Origin: Tubulanus polymorphus
Lineage: Eukaryota; Animalia; Nemertea
Direction of reading: 5' to 3'
Assembly: GCF_964204645.1 (NCBI RefSeq)
Contig: NC_134027.1
Coordinates: forward strand, 25,630,560-25,694,559
Length of the DNA stretch: 64,000 nucleotides
The position numbers were made by a program, and so were the translations under genes. The notes under the pieces are model-generated. The model was given only the letters and a program-made list of their open reading frames with translations, did no database searches and had not been told where the DNA came from. Shown piece by piece: positions 38,137 through 51,134 of this stretch; within the stretch, counting starts at the first letter, position 1, and each line of letters opens with the position of its first letter.

Positions 38137-39164
38137 TTATGAAATCGTTCCACTCTATCCACTCCATCCACTCTGACTCAACGTCTTCGAATCAATCATT
38201 CGTGTAACAGATGTAAGGAAATATTTTCCATTGTTGAATTCATGTAAAGTTGCGCGAATTACTATTTTTCAATTTCAACGACATTCAATTTCGATTTTTC
38301 CTGTGTTTTTTCGCTGAATTGTAATGCGTAATTGCCTCGAGCATCTGCGCGATACTTCATTACAAACCCTATTCCCAGGGTCCACCGCGTAACCTACCCC
38401 TAAATATAACCTTCGTTATAAACCTATACGAAACTGAATTGAATAGGGTGTCGATTGTCTATCGAAGATGATAACGATAAACTAACGATGATGATGATGA
38501 TGATGATGATGAGAATGATGAAAGGGAATTTAGATTTCAGTAGCGAGGCGAGGTGTCTCCACTGGTTCTGATCAGTATTCGCACAGTGTGTATGTGCGTG
38601 TGTGTGTCTATTGTAGCAATCGGTACTGATCTAACAGCGCTGCTGTATACAGTACTATACACGCACCATCCGTACAACGCTGCTGCTGCTGCTGCTGCAA
38701 ATAAGCTGAACGCTGCGAACTGTTTGAGAGACCGATGATGCAGTAGCGGTATTAGATAGCCCTCCCGTACTGACGGTATTAGACAGCCCTCCCGTACTGA
38801 CGGTATTAGACAGCCCTCCCGTACCGACGGACGCCGCTGGATTTAATATCAATTCTCGCGTCTAAAATCGGAATGAAATTATTACTAATCGTGTGACTAA
38901 TTATGACAACAACAACGGCGGCGGCGAGTTGAACGAGAGCAGGAGTATAGCAGTGTGTCGAGTTTACGGGATAGCTGCAGTGAGTTGTTGAGAACGTTGT
39001 TAGATTTTTAATGAGACCGTTGTTTAATCAGTGATACTGATATATACGTACGTATACAGTGATACTCGCACAGGAATAACTCATTCTCACGTTTATCAGT
39101 GATTCATTCTCGTTGGAATATTCTATCAGCTGAGGTAAGCAGGGCTGGTCAATGGTCAGGGTAC

Positions 39165-39660
39165 AATTCCACAGTTGTGTGGGTTTAATTTTACTGTGTA
39201 GGATCCAGTTCCACAGTTGTGTAGGTTTAAATTGACTGTGGGATCCAGTTCCACAGTTGTGTGGGTTTAAATTGACTGTGTGGATCCAGTTCCACAGTTG
39301 TGTTGGTTTAAATTGACTGTGTGGGATCCAGTTCCACAGTTGTGTGGGTTTAAATTGACTGTGTGGATCCAGTTCCACAGTTGTGTGGGTTTAAATTGAT
39401 TGATTCTGGACCCAGTTCCACAGTTGTGTTGGTTTAATTTGACTGTGTGGGATCCAGTTCCGGTTCTGTGGGTTTAAATTGATTGATTCTGGACCCAGTT
39501 CCGCGGTTGTGTGGGTTTAATTTGTCACTGGATCTCGTTCCCGGTTTGATTTGAGTCTGGTCCAGTTCCTCAGTTGTGTGGGTTTAAGTTGATTTCTGAA
39601 TACAGTTCCACGGTTGGGGTAAAGTTGACTCTGAATACAGTTCTACAGTTGCCTGGGTTT
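39165..39660. repeat. 39-43-bp satellite related to the MITE-A TIR, inverted orientation
   Basis: ggatccagttccacagttgtgtgggtttaaattgactgtg. Confidence 0.93.
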
Positions 39661-41519
39661 AGTGACAGCGCTGCGCTGTTCATTCAATTCAATTCAATTC
39701 AGTTCTTCGTTCATCATCGTAAAGTCATTGATTGTCCATAAAACATTGAATATAAGATAAGGAAATGATGAATGAAATTCATGATTAGATATGTTAACAT
39801 CATTTACTGATCTATTTTTGGACTCGATGACACGTTCGGCCCGGGAACTGTGACTGAAATTCAGTAATCTAGTGGCAGATAGTGATCTACGTACATGAGA
39901 TAAAAGGGCTACTACATAAATCAGATATATCTAAACCTATACAGTGGAAACTATGTAAATGAGGGTTTTACGCTGAAAATATCCCACATTCGGATAAAAA
40001 GACAAGTCCGAAAAGCTTCCTTTTGTTGATGAGTAGTTTTTGATGTCTTTCAGCTGTACTGTAATTTAGGGCAGACGGATTCTAACGAGGGATTTAACTA
40101 ATTGGATTCGCTGAATTTGTAATTTCCAACACGAGCTGGATTTCAATCAGTTCTCTTCTATCGATGCTGGCTCTGTTATGGTTAACGCGATCATGATTTT
40201 AGAAATGAGTTATGTACAGGGTAGATAGTTGGCCAGCCAGCTGGGTCAACTTTTAAGCTCGGCTGAAATGAGGTATCGATTTTTCTAGCCTTTTAAGCTG
40301 TGTACGTACGTAGAGGGTCGACGGGTTTATTTTTAGCTCTATAAATTAGCCCGTGTGCGTCGAAGGACAATCGGTTCGGTTATTATAAAAAACATCGCGC
40401 TCTCGAATGGCGGCGATGACGTCTTTTGGAATCGCTGATCTATTTTCAACTGTTTTTAATTCTATAAATAGTCGCGCGTCGTAAAATAGAATACTAACGC
40501 GCGCGCGCGGGATTGCGGCTGATGGCTGCTATTTTCACCGCATATGTAATATTTTTAACCCAATTTGTTTGATTAAATGGAATGATATAGAATCAACGTC
40601 CGTACGAACGCACGAACAAGTTGTATACATCACATGCGATGGAAATAGGTCCCTCGTGACGATTTCGTTCTAAATTTAGATCTGAATTGATGCGCCGATT
40701 TTATTTATAAACGCGTAATAATCGGGCGTCGTGGTTTTATGATTAATCATCACGACGAGGAAGTAGTTATTATAAACGCACCTCGGTCGAAAAGTGTAAT
40801 AACGAGTTTCTGATTTCGAGTCGTATGAAGGTAGGCTGCGGGTAAGTCGTCGTCATCGTCATCGTATGTTTGCGTCGCGTTGGTTTTCGACGGGTCTCGG
40901 TTCGTTATGAACCGGTATGCAAACGTTTTTTGACGCCGTCAAAACCGTCGCAATAATGTTACAATGAATTCCGGTTTTTTTAGCGGACCAGCGGTTAACG
41001 GCTTGAAAAAAACGATTCAAATTTATCATAAGTTGAATGCTAGGTTAAGGATGGGGTTGACTGGTTGCTAAGAATGGTTGCTATTATTTATTCTTCCTGG
41101 AAATCAAATACTAGGTATATGTTAGATACCGGGCCTGCTGAATATCATCAGTGTAGGTAATTATATGCGAAAAAATATTCGTTTTAGGAATCAGAGTCTC
41201 GAGACCAGGAATTTCTATTTTTTTAGGGGGGGGGGGGTATTTTCGCCATTTACGTGTAACTAATTTCAAAGCCGTTATGACGATCTGTTTCGTTTTGGAA
41301 AGATTCGAAAAATGTCGTGTACTCGGAAATCAGGGAAAAGTCGGTGATTTTTCTTTTCTTTAAAAACGTCATGGAATAGTCGGGGAATTTTGTGAAAAAG
41401 CTAGAAATCGGGGAAAAATCAGGGAAATTTGTTGAGATTTATGTATTTGAGTGCGTTGTATTATTAACAGATCAAGTCAGGGAAAAACGACGCGCATGTC
41501 AGGGAATGCGGAAAAAGCA

Positions 41520-41725
41520 AAGTTCAGATGAGCCAAAATTCGCTAGTTCGGATGAGCCAAAATTCGCTAGTTTAGATGAGCAAAAATTCGCTAGTTTAGA
41601 TGAGCCAAAATTCGCTAGTTCGGATGAGCCAAAATTCGCTAGTTCGGATGAGCCAAAATTCACCAGTTCAGATGAGCCAAAATTCGCTAGTTTAGATGAG
41701 CCAAAATTCGCTATTTCGGATGAGC
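41520..41725. repeat. 24-bp minisatellite
   Basis: gatgagccaaaattcgctagttcg, ~8.5 copies. Confidence 0.95.
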
Positions 41726-42327
41726 ACATACCGCGCGCGTAGTGCTATCATTATTCATGTATAATTATGGCTCTTAACCTTATATTATTATTTGACGTAG
41801 GCAATTACGTATACAAACAAGTAACCAAGCGCAATAGAACAGAACGTGTTCTCCGAGCAGCGAACGTAAGTGTTCCTTCGTTTGTTCGATTCTCTTTCGG
41901 CGTTAATTGCGAAAATTCTCATCGCCGGCGCCCACGATTGTCTTTACTATGACGTATATAGTAGTACTATAGCGATATACATGTCTATTCAAATAGATAC
42001 TAAATACATGTATTATCATACAGCCGGACGGGCGCTAGGCGTTTTATATATAGTACTTGTGCAGGCAACCGTACTGACTGACTACTGCAGTAACGTGTGG
42101 AATAATAACATAGCCAGTAGAATTACTGCTTACTGCGGAATATCTCGTTGCTGTTTTTCGCCGCGGCGAGCCGGGAATATCAGCGCAGACGGATTCTAAC
42201 GAGGGATTTAACTAATCGGATTCGCTGAATTTTAATCGAGAGAATCGGAATATTTTAACGGACATTTAGACCGAAGCTACCGGAATATATCCGTATATAA
42301 GGTAGGCGAACCTAGTGAAGGATACTA

Positions 42328-42530
42328 GGTAAGATTCAAGAATAGGGGACTAGTGGTTAGGATTAGGGTTAGGTTTAGGGTTAGGCTTAGGTTTAGTTCC
42401 CTAATCATCATTAATTACTATATACATTACTATCATTATATATCATCATTATCAATTACTAATATTATTACTTAATTGATTACTATCACTACATATATAT
42501 TGCTATAGTCCCCTATTCTTGAATCGCACC
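42328..42530. mobile_element. MITE with 25-bp TIRs, 8-bp TSD and internal telomere-like repeats
   Basis: Left ggtaagattcaagaataggggacta; right tagtcccctattcttgaatcgcacc; flanks ggatacta and ggatgcta. Confidence 0.85.
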
Positions 42531-43449
42531 GGATGCTATAGATTTTGTTTGAATATTCTGAATTATGACTGCTTCGAGAGGTTATCGACATTGTGTACTG
42601 CAAATACATAACGATAGCCCTTGACACGAGCGCGGGTTATGTTTGAGATATAGTAGGCTTCAAGGGTTTCGATAATGTGTGTATAAATCAGGGTTGACTC
42701 AGTTGATCCTTCCGACCTACGGCTTCCGATCGAATTTCGCTTTGTTGACATTCGATTCGTTGCTTTTGCACTGATGACGCGGGTTTTGCAGGTATTCGTA
42801 ATTCACCATTACACAGGACCGGATCTAGGATCGGGGAGGGCCGTACCCCCAAAATAGGGGCGCATCATATAATTCAAAAGAAAGAAACTCATCGAAAAAC
42901 ATATTACCTCATTTTTGGAAATACAGAGCTTATGAATTTAAACTTTTTTAGCTATCAGTTTAATAAAATTTCAGGGCCACTCGACTTTTTGAAGAGGGGC
43001 TTGGCACTTGCTACCGCAGCCTCCCCTTGAATCTGCCCCCCCCCCCCAAGAGGAAATTAGAATCCGACTGCCCATAAATATACCTGTGTGTTAGAGGTAG
43101 TTGGATCAGGAAGAATTGAGAAACAGATGTTTAAGTTTATTATTCAAGTATTGTTTGTAAAAAGGGTGCAGTTTTCAGTGTATATATACGTATGTTGTGT
43201 AGTAGGATATGCGATGGCAACAGATGCACTTTTTCGCTGGAAATGATGAAAAAATATATGTGTCATATCACTATTAATAACGTCATAATGTAACCGCAGA
43301 CTTGTGAGTGTTGGGTCAGAAAAAATTGTATCCCTCGGCCTTTTGCTTATTGATCGGAAAAGGGGGCGCTGGGGGGCTGCGTACCAAAATGAGAAAACAG
43401 TTGCTACCGCCAGCATTCAGACCCATTCGACACCAGACCGGAAACTAGT

Positions 43450-44150
43450 GGAAGACTGACTGACTGCTAACACTAGGATTCAAACACATAAACCCTGGTT
43501 TGATGAGAGAGAAAGACTGACCGACTGACTGCTAACACCAGGATTCAAACACATGAACCCTGGATTGACGAGAGACCAGTGAAAGACTGACTGACTGCTA
43601 CCACCAGGATTCAAACACATGAACCCTGGACTGATGAAAGACCAGTGAAAGACTGACTGACTGCTACCACCAGGATTCAAACACATGAATCCTGGAGTGA
43701 TGAGAGAACAGTGAAAGACTGACTGACTGACTGCTACCACCAGGATTCAAACACATGAATCCTGGATTGATGAGAGACCAGCGAAAGACTGACTGACTGC
43801 TACCACCAGGATTCAAACACATGAACCCTGGACTGATGAAAGACCAGTGAAAGACTGACTGACTGCTACCACCAGGATTCAAACACATGAATCCTGGATT
43901 GATGAGAGACCAGCGAAAGACTGACTGACTGCTACCACCAGGATTCAAACACATGAACCCTGGATTGATGAGAGACCAGTGAAAGACTGACTGACTGCTA
44001 CCACCAGGATTCAAACACATGAATCCTGGATTGATGAGAGACCAGTGAAAGACTGACTGACTGCTACCACCAGGATTCAAACACATAAACCCTGGATTGA
44101 CGAGTGGCCAGTCAAAGACTGACTACTACCATCAGGATTCAAACCCATTT
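43450..44150. repeat. 66-bp minisatellite
   Basis: gactgactgactgctaccaccaggattcaaacacatgaaccctggattgatgagagaccagtgaaa. Confidence 0.95.
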
Positions 44151-46573
44151 GACATATGACTGATAGTATAAACCACTCAGGTTACGGGTGGTGCGCTTAT
44201 TTTTCTTTCATTTTATCGAGTGATGTTGACGCAACCTCGCGGAGAAAACTAATTGAAAATCGCATTTCGCATCAATTCAACGAGACAATTTTTGATTGGC
44301 TTCAACCGCAATAAGAGTATTGTAGAAGATAAATACGCTATTTCGAGTATGTTCGAAATGATATCGTATTCCCATCAGTGCGTCTTGATACTTTAACCCT
44401 TTGTTCGCTGCAGCCGCAGCTAAAGCTTCAAAATGTGACAAACCTTCGGAAATAAAAAATAACACTGCGTTTCATTCAAGACAAGGGGCAGTTATCAAAA
44501 CGTACTATTAGTAGAATAACCGCCATTTAAGATTGAACGTGTATTTATTTTAGTTTTTGTAGTTTGTTTTATGTTGTAAATGTAGAACAAATGTATCAAA
44601 ATGAGGATTTTATTTTCTTCTAGATATCTAAGCATTTTAACTCTCTGACGATATTGGTTTTATACTTAAAACTTCAAAGACTTCCTGGTTCTGGAAACCT
44701 GCGCGTAGATATCTTACACAATGTCAGATTCTTCTCGTGTATATAAGCTTACTTGGCTCACGGGTCGTGCCATTCAAATCTTAAAACAGCGATAGTTGTT
44801 CAGAATGAACCCAGTTCCTCAGAACTGAGTTCAGATTTGACTGGGAGTGAACTCATTGAAAATGAACTCGTTTTAACTCGTTTTAGTTTGATGATATGAG
44901 TATATTGTATATTAGGATAGGTGACTGATTAGAAACTCTTCCTGTCGTACACAGTCGGCCATTTTCATTAAATTGACATTTCCTGGTGCGTTCATTGAAA
45001 TATCCGTCACTTTACAGCCATCGGTGGCGCGAATTTAACTAGTCATACTAATTACCGCACGAAACCTTGACAGGACATAGCAGGTTGCGATAAAGCGTTT
45101 ATTCGAAAATTCCCGAAAATTGTTTATTTCAAGTTTGAATCGTTATCGTCGCACGTGTGGTGAAGTGAAAGGTGATATGATATATTAAAACAACGGACGG
45201 TTTGTCTGGAGTTATTTTTGGCGCAGTCTACGGGAGCAGACGGATTGTGGTTGTTGCATTATCTTCATCTGTAACCGATTTATAGAAACAAAACATCAAC
45301 TGAATGTATTATTTTTCATCCTCTGATAAGTCTAGGGGGGTTTTGTAATCTCTCGACTACAACATAGTTTTGTTTATCAGTAGCTGATCTGCGCACGCTG
45401 CGTTACTACATAACTGTGTTTATCAGCTTTCCCACAGTCTCCATCTCCAACTATCTTCCCGCCCACAGCCTGTTCTCTTATTCCCTTTTCCCTTCCTCCA
45501 GAATTTCTTGCTTCCCCTGGCTCTGTCTATCCCTCTTGTAAAGGGTACCCGCAGCCAAAATTCTCGGGTGGAACCTTTTAGCTAGAGTTTTTTTTTTCTT
45601 TATCTTAAAATAGGGATTGTCCCTGTTATTTATTTGGTTTTAGCTAGAGCTTTAACAAGTGCAAAATAAAGCAATTGCAAGCCCCCTGTTTTGCTCCTGG
45701 CAGGTCTAGCGGGTTTATAAGGGACGCCAAATCAAATCTAATCTAACCAAATCTTCAAGCCGTATAATTAAGCGGGACAATTTCGATTTTGGGATAACGG
45801 AGACAATTGTATTAAAAAACTCAAACTTTTTTAGGTCTTCGGAGGTTCACGTTAGCCACCCCAACTAGCGACCCCGCCTAGCGTATGCCGTCTTTATCTT
45901 AAACCCCTTTAAAAAAAGCGTTGCATATGAAATGAAGATTGTTCTCTAAAAACTGTGAAATCCATGATTTTATCGACGCACTTTATAACCAAGAGGAACC
46001 ATTAAAACTAGCAGCGTTCAGTAGCGTGAAGTAATTAGCCGACGCTGTCAGAGGTTCGCGGCGGTCTTTTGGGTATATTAGCTCGATGGACTGTACGACC
46101 ATTAAACTCGTGTCCTCGTCCGACATTTACAACATTAACAACATAAATCACTGATCATCATCGCTTATATCGGTGTAAATGGTTTTAAATGTTTCTTCTC
46201 GCGAGGATTGTGATTTATGTCGCTACTGAAAATTCGGTTTTGATTCTTATATTAGTCGACGCGAAGAAAAATGACGGAACTCAAGAGCTGTCGATTTTCG
46301 AGAATTCGCTTTTTTCAACATCCGATCTTGACAGAACTGCATAAAATTGAAGACTTAAAGTTGAGATATTAAAATTTCATTTTTCCTGACTGTGGAACCA
46401 GGTCGTTTAAATGGGAGGCAGAACAATGTGAAAGATGTGAACAATATTGTGAAAAATTGATATATCCTAAAAGAAATTTTGAACAAATATGAACAATTGT
46501 GAAAAATCTGAAAAATCATCAAAAATCTGTTAAAAGTTCTGTCTTAATATTTTGATACAATTTTGATGCCCTT

Positions 46574-46776
46574 TACCGTGAAGCGCTCTATACCGTGAAG
46601 CGCTCTATACCGTGAAGCGCTCTATACCGTGAAGCGCTCTATACCGTGAAGCGCTCTATACCGTGAAGCGCTCTATACCGTGAAGCGCTCTATACCGTGA
46701 AGCGCTCTATACTGTGAAGCGCTCTATACCGTGAAGCGCCCTATACCGTGAAGCGCTCTATACTGTGAAGCGCCCT
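46574..46776. repeat. 17-bp minisatellite, ~12 copies
   Basis: taccgtgaagcgctcta. Confidence 0.95.
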
Positions 46777-47153
46777 GCTCTGAATATGTTCACAAGCTGT
46801 GTCGAAGTTTAAAAAATTTCATTCTGTTCTAACAATATACATGTATATCACAATGGGTTAAATTGCAGATAAAACCCTTTTTCAGTAAATATATGAATTC
46901 GTTAAAATTAGTTTAAGTTTCTATCATTTCGATTATTTTTATTATCATCATCAAAAACGCTCGTGCGATTGCGGCAATTTTTAAGTGCGGAACCATGTTG
47001 TCTGTCTGCGCAATATACACTATATCTATAATCAGGTTAAATTACGCGGCTGATTTTATGTAATAAACCCGTTGAGTGTTTGAATCAATAACAGTTTCTG
47101 TTGTTATTATTTTGCAGGCTGTTTGACGAGGTCGTTAGGGTAGATGAGCCAAA

Positions 47154-47316
47154 ATGACTCAAGCGATGGACTGGCGACCGTCCGAGTTCGGCTTGACGGT
47201 CAAGGAACTGCGCGAGTTGATGGAAATACGCGGTGCGGAGGCCTTGCGAAAAATCAATAGCACGTACGGCGGTATTTTTGAAATTTGTAAAAAGCTAAAG
47301 ACATCACCAACCGATG
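47154..47316 (+). CDS. PMCA: PMCA (P-type IIB Ca2+-ATPase) coding exon 1; exon begins at 47118 with 36 nt of 5' UTR
   Basis: [55 protein letters not shown] matches the PMCA N-terminus. Acceptor tttgcag ends at 47117. Three in-frame stops precede ATG 47154. Donor G|GTAAGG at 47317, phase 1. Confidence 0.95.
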
Positions 47317-47594
47317 GTAAGGGAGACTTCTGTTAATCTGTTCCCAAAACCTCCATAATTTCAATGCGGAACTGGTAACTCTTGAGTTTTAGTTATACAG
47401 TTGCAGATCTGACTTCCTACTATTTGAGAATAGTTTCTATTAGTCTTATAAAGAGCTCAACTACTCTCAAATGTATCCAAATAATCTCAAAATGAGAATA
47501 ATTTCTAGTTCATTTTCTATTGAACTGTTATTTTCGATATAAAATTATCCTCATATTGGTAAAGAAATACTACAATTAGAGAGTAGTCTGGTCT

Positions 47595-47750
47595 GCAGTT
47601 GTGAGTTAGTTAACTCTGAACTCAGGATCCAGTTTCGCAGCTGTGAGTTAGAGTTAACTGTGAGCTCAGGATCCAGTTTCGCAGCTGTGAGTTAGAGTTA
47701 ACACTGAACTCAGGATCCAGTTTCGCGGTTGTGAGTTAGAGTTAACTCCT
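47595..47750. repeat. 44-bp repeat of the MITE-A left arm in PMCA intron
   Basis: ctcaggatccagtttcgcagctgtgagttagagttaac, 3 copies. Confidence 0.85.
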
Positions 47751-47867
47751 AATTCTAATAAGTTGTTATTTTCGCATGAATCACATATTTCGACCCAGTC
47801 CATCCTAAGGGTAATGTTGAATCCAATCAATCACACTGATTTGTTTTTCCATTTTTCTCTGTTGCAG

Positions 47868-48065
47868 GATTACCGGGAACTGCCGTTGATATACAACAGC
47901 GGGTCGCTGAATTTGGATCAAATATCATACCTCCGAAACCTCCAAAGTCTTTTTTAAAACTAGTATGGGAAGCGTTGCAAGATATCACGCTTATCATTCT
48001 TATCGTTGCCGCTATCATTTCACTGGGATTATCATTTTATCAACCAGAGTCGGATGGAGAAGAAG
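47868..48065 (+). CDS. PMCA: PMCA coding exon 2 (TM1)
   Basis: [66 protein letters not shown] contains the PMCA hallmark [18 protein letters not shown]. 198 nt, acceptor ttgcag, donor G|GTAAGA. Not shown in the ORF track. Confidence 0.97.
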
Positions 48066-48721
48066 GTAAGATTCGACTTATCAGTTGATTGCCTTCGCCT
48101 CTGGGTTCGAAGGTCTTCACCTCTGGTTTGGAGAGGTCTTGCATGTTAAGTCATAGTTTTATGTCTGGTCAGAATTGGAGACTTGCCATACATGACGACA
48201 AAAGATAATCGGGGAATTTACAAATTTCGGCAGTCAGTCATATCCGTGATCTCTATAAGCTCAGTTTATTGCCCCTAAAGCCCGTTCCACAAGCACAAGA
48301 TTTGTGTGCATAACTGAGTGACCACTGATGTGTTGCAATTTCATTAACCCTTTCCACGCTAACTCCTATCCTTTCACTAGACCTGGGTTTGTGGTATGCG
48401 TATCGCTTCATACCTGATGAGACCACGGACTCGGATTCAATTATCCAACTCCGGGTTGAATCTATATCCACAACAATCTAAATCCATCATTTCCAAGTTG
48501 AACTTATTTTTAACCCGATGAGAATTAAACGGAGTTAAATCACAGCTGTGCATCTGGTCAATATTCAACAGCATTTAAATAGCCCATAACATTTGGAATT
48601 GAACAATATTTTATAATGAAGTTCAAACACCCTTGTTCTTTATTGACATGTTTTGAATTCAGTAATTCTGGTACGACGACATTCTAACACACCTACGTGA
48701 CTATGTACTCAGAAACTGAGC

Positions 48722-48900
48722 TAGGTTTCGATTGAACATATTCTGGTTTAGGAATATCAATTCCCGATAACGAATTCTCTACCGGCAGCTTCTATCAGGT
48801 TTACAGATTACGCTGTCCCGGAATAGGTAAAGCGTGTATTCTGATCGAAACAAGCGCGCCAGAAGAGAATTTCTCAATCGGTAGACACCGATCAAAACTT
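48722..48900. mobile_element. MITE-like dispersed repeat; second copy 62577-62688
   Basis: Shared aggtttcgattg...gaatatcaattcc...ctctac...ggtaga; copy 2 ends caatcgaaatccta, inverted relative to the start. Confidence 0.65.
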
Positions 48901-51134
48901 GCCTTAGTTCCGAAGTGGATAACTGACTAAAGCCACGGTAACCGTGAGACGATGTTAAACCTGGATCAGATCAAACCATTGTATCTAATTAGAGAGTGCG
49001 TTCATACATAAACCACTCACTCGATACTTAATAAAAATTTGCCGAAATTTAACTCTGGCCCAGTCTGACGTTTTCGATCGCACGTCTTTAGTTACCCTAG
49101 CGTCGGATTTCATATCGAGCGACCGATCTCGTGCCATGTGCGTCGATCGACTAGCCTCTTTACTAACGGGGACTAATATCATATTCTGCATCAGTGACGA
49201 CGACGAGCACCGATATCAAATGATATATACCCGACGCGTGCTCAAAAATCATCGTTTATTGCGATCACGCGACGCCACTATTTCCCGGCCAATCACCGTC
49301 GACCCACTCTATCCGTCTATCCATCTATTCGTGTTGATTTTATATCTCACATTTATCCATATATGTATGAAATGTAATCTAGATTGGATTAGGTTGCGTT
49401 TTGGAGAGAGTGAGTCCCATGACGGTGATTGCTGTGGGTTAATCAAGCCGGCTGTATTGGTCTCTATTGGCTGACTATCAATGATGTAACAATGTTTCCG
49501 GTGGTCAGTATTGAGAGTCACTGAATTCATTTACAATTAGAACAACGTCAACAAGAGTCCTGCTGTCTCCGAGTACATCAGCCGTTACTGAATTTGAAAT
49601 GTGTGACTCCTCCAGACTAGAAATACTGATACCATTTGTTAGATGAAATTTGAAAGGTGTTTGTTACCGAGAGTCTTCACCCCCTAAATTACTTGTTAAT
49701 TCATAAGTCTTACCCCCTTGATTATTGATTGATTTTAGGGTCTTACTTCTCGCTTACCAATTAATTTGAGGGTCTTACCCCTTGATAACTGACAAATTGA
49801 GGGTCTTACTCCTGATAACTGATAGAATCGAGGGTCTTACCCGTTGATTACCGATTCATTTTAGGGTCTAACCCCTGTGATAACTGACAGATAAATTCGA
49901 ACAGAAATATGAAAGGTGTGACTGAGGGTCTTAACCCCCCCTTAAAACGAAAGTTGTTAGTGATAGCACTTTGTAGATGAACTTGGCAATGTGGCCGACA
50001 TCCGTAAGACTTATAAAAACAAAAAAATGCACTATAAATATAGAATCCATGCAAAAATGACTGATGTTTGTTTATATAAACTTTGCGTACGCACAGATCA
50101 CGAAGGTAAGATGTATATAGTTTTTAGTGGATTAAATAGATACGTGTGTTTTGTTGATGATGTTTTAGATGTAGGTAAAAAATTTCCTTTCGTTTGTGTC
50201 CCCTTGAATAGCTTCAGAATATTGTTTGCATAGTCGACTTCAGTTCCCGTACGGAAATCTGATAGCATCGCAACAAGACTCAACCACAGCATCAAACCCT
50301 GCCTTAATAGACCCATCGGGCATATAGTTGTTTTGTGAAGCAAAACAGAAAAAGTGTCATGGTTTCACATACACCATCACATACACCAAGGATGTTTACT
50401 AGGGTGGGGTTTATACTGTGACATAGTTGTATGATGTCACCGGGTTCAAACCCCCGCTGAGAGAGGGTGTGTCTACTAGGGCAGGGATTCGTACTACGTG
50501 ACAGTTTCTTGATACCATCGGGTTCAAATCCCGGCTAAGAGAAGATGTGAATTATTAGTAGCTGAACCCTTGACTTCACGGCAGATCGTCACGTCTTCAA
50601 CTGCCTGTTTTTCTAACTGGAGCTTTATCTCTCGTGGATGGTTTACCAGAAAACTGAGCGTTATCTTCAGATTCTGAATGGCGCCGCGCATTATCAATAT
50701 TCAACCCTGTGATATAGTTTACGGAATTTCCCACGGGGGTTTCACAGCTCGGCCACTTATTACACAGTCTGGATCTAGTTGGGTAACTTTATCGAGAGAA
50801 AACTTTCTCTGGGAAATACTGTTAAACAGGAGTTTACTGCCGGTTTTAAACACACAGGTTCTCTATGCATCTCTTCAGCTGTTGAACGACAGAAACAGCT
50901 CTTACATTCTCTCCACACTCACCTCTCTCTCTCAACTCCTTCACTTAATGTTTCCCCCAGCTAATTATCAAAGATAATGCGCAACAAATGTTATTTCATA
51001 ACCAACAGGTTTAAACCGTGCTGTATATGAAGATTATCTACACGGTTAGTTCGTACATGCGGTTAGTTTGTGTGGTGGTTGATTATCTTTGTACGTATGA
51101 TCAGTAAAGCGTCCAACAGTCTGTTACTGACATA

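Noticed and set aside
41597-41611. 15-nt identity (TAGATGAGCCAAAAT) between the 24-bp minisatellite and the PMCA start context (47141-47155)
   Set aside because: A few 15-mer matches are expected by chance among all position pairs in 64 kb, and the match does not extend.
43630-43655. CTGATGA...GAAA hammerhead-like spacing in the 66-bp repeat (also CTGATGA at ~48414 and ~6332)
   Set aside because: Stem II or the GAAA core is missing, and most repeat units read TTGATGA.
45440-45750. Possible LINE 3' end with an (AAATC)-like tail (also ~39683)
   Set aside because: Only a short tail-like repeat; no RT remnant or second copy in the window.
1-47117. A second protein-coding gene or autonomous transposase/RT upstream of PMCA
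   Set aside because: No recognisable domains in any ORF. Very small exons could have been missed by eye.
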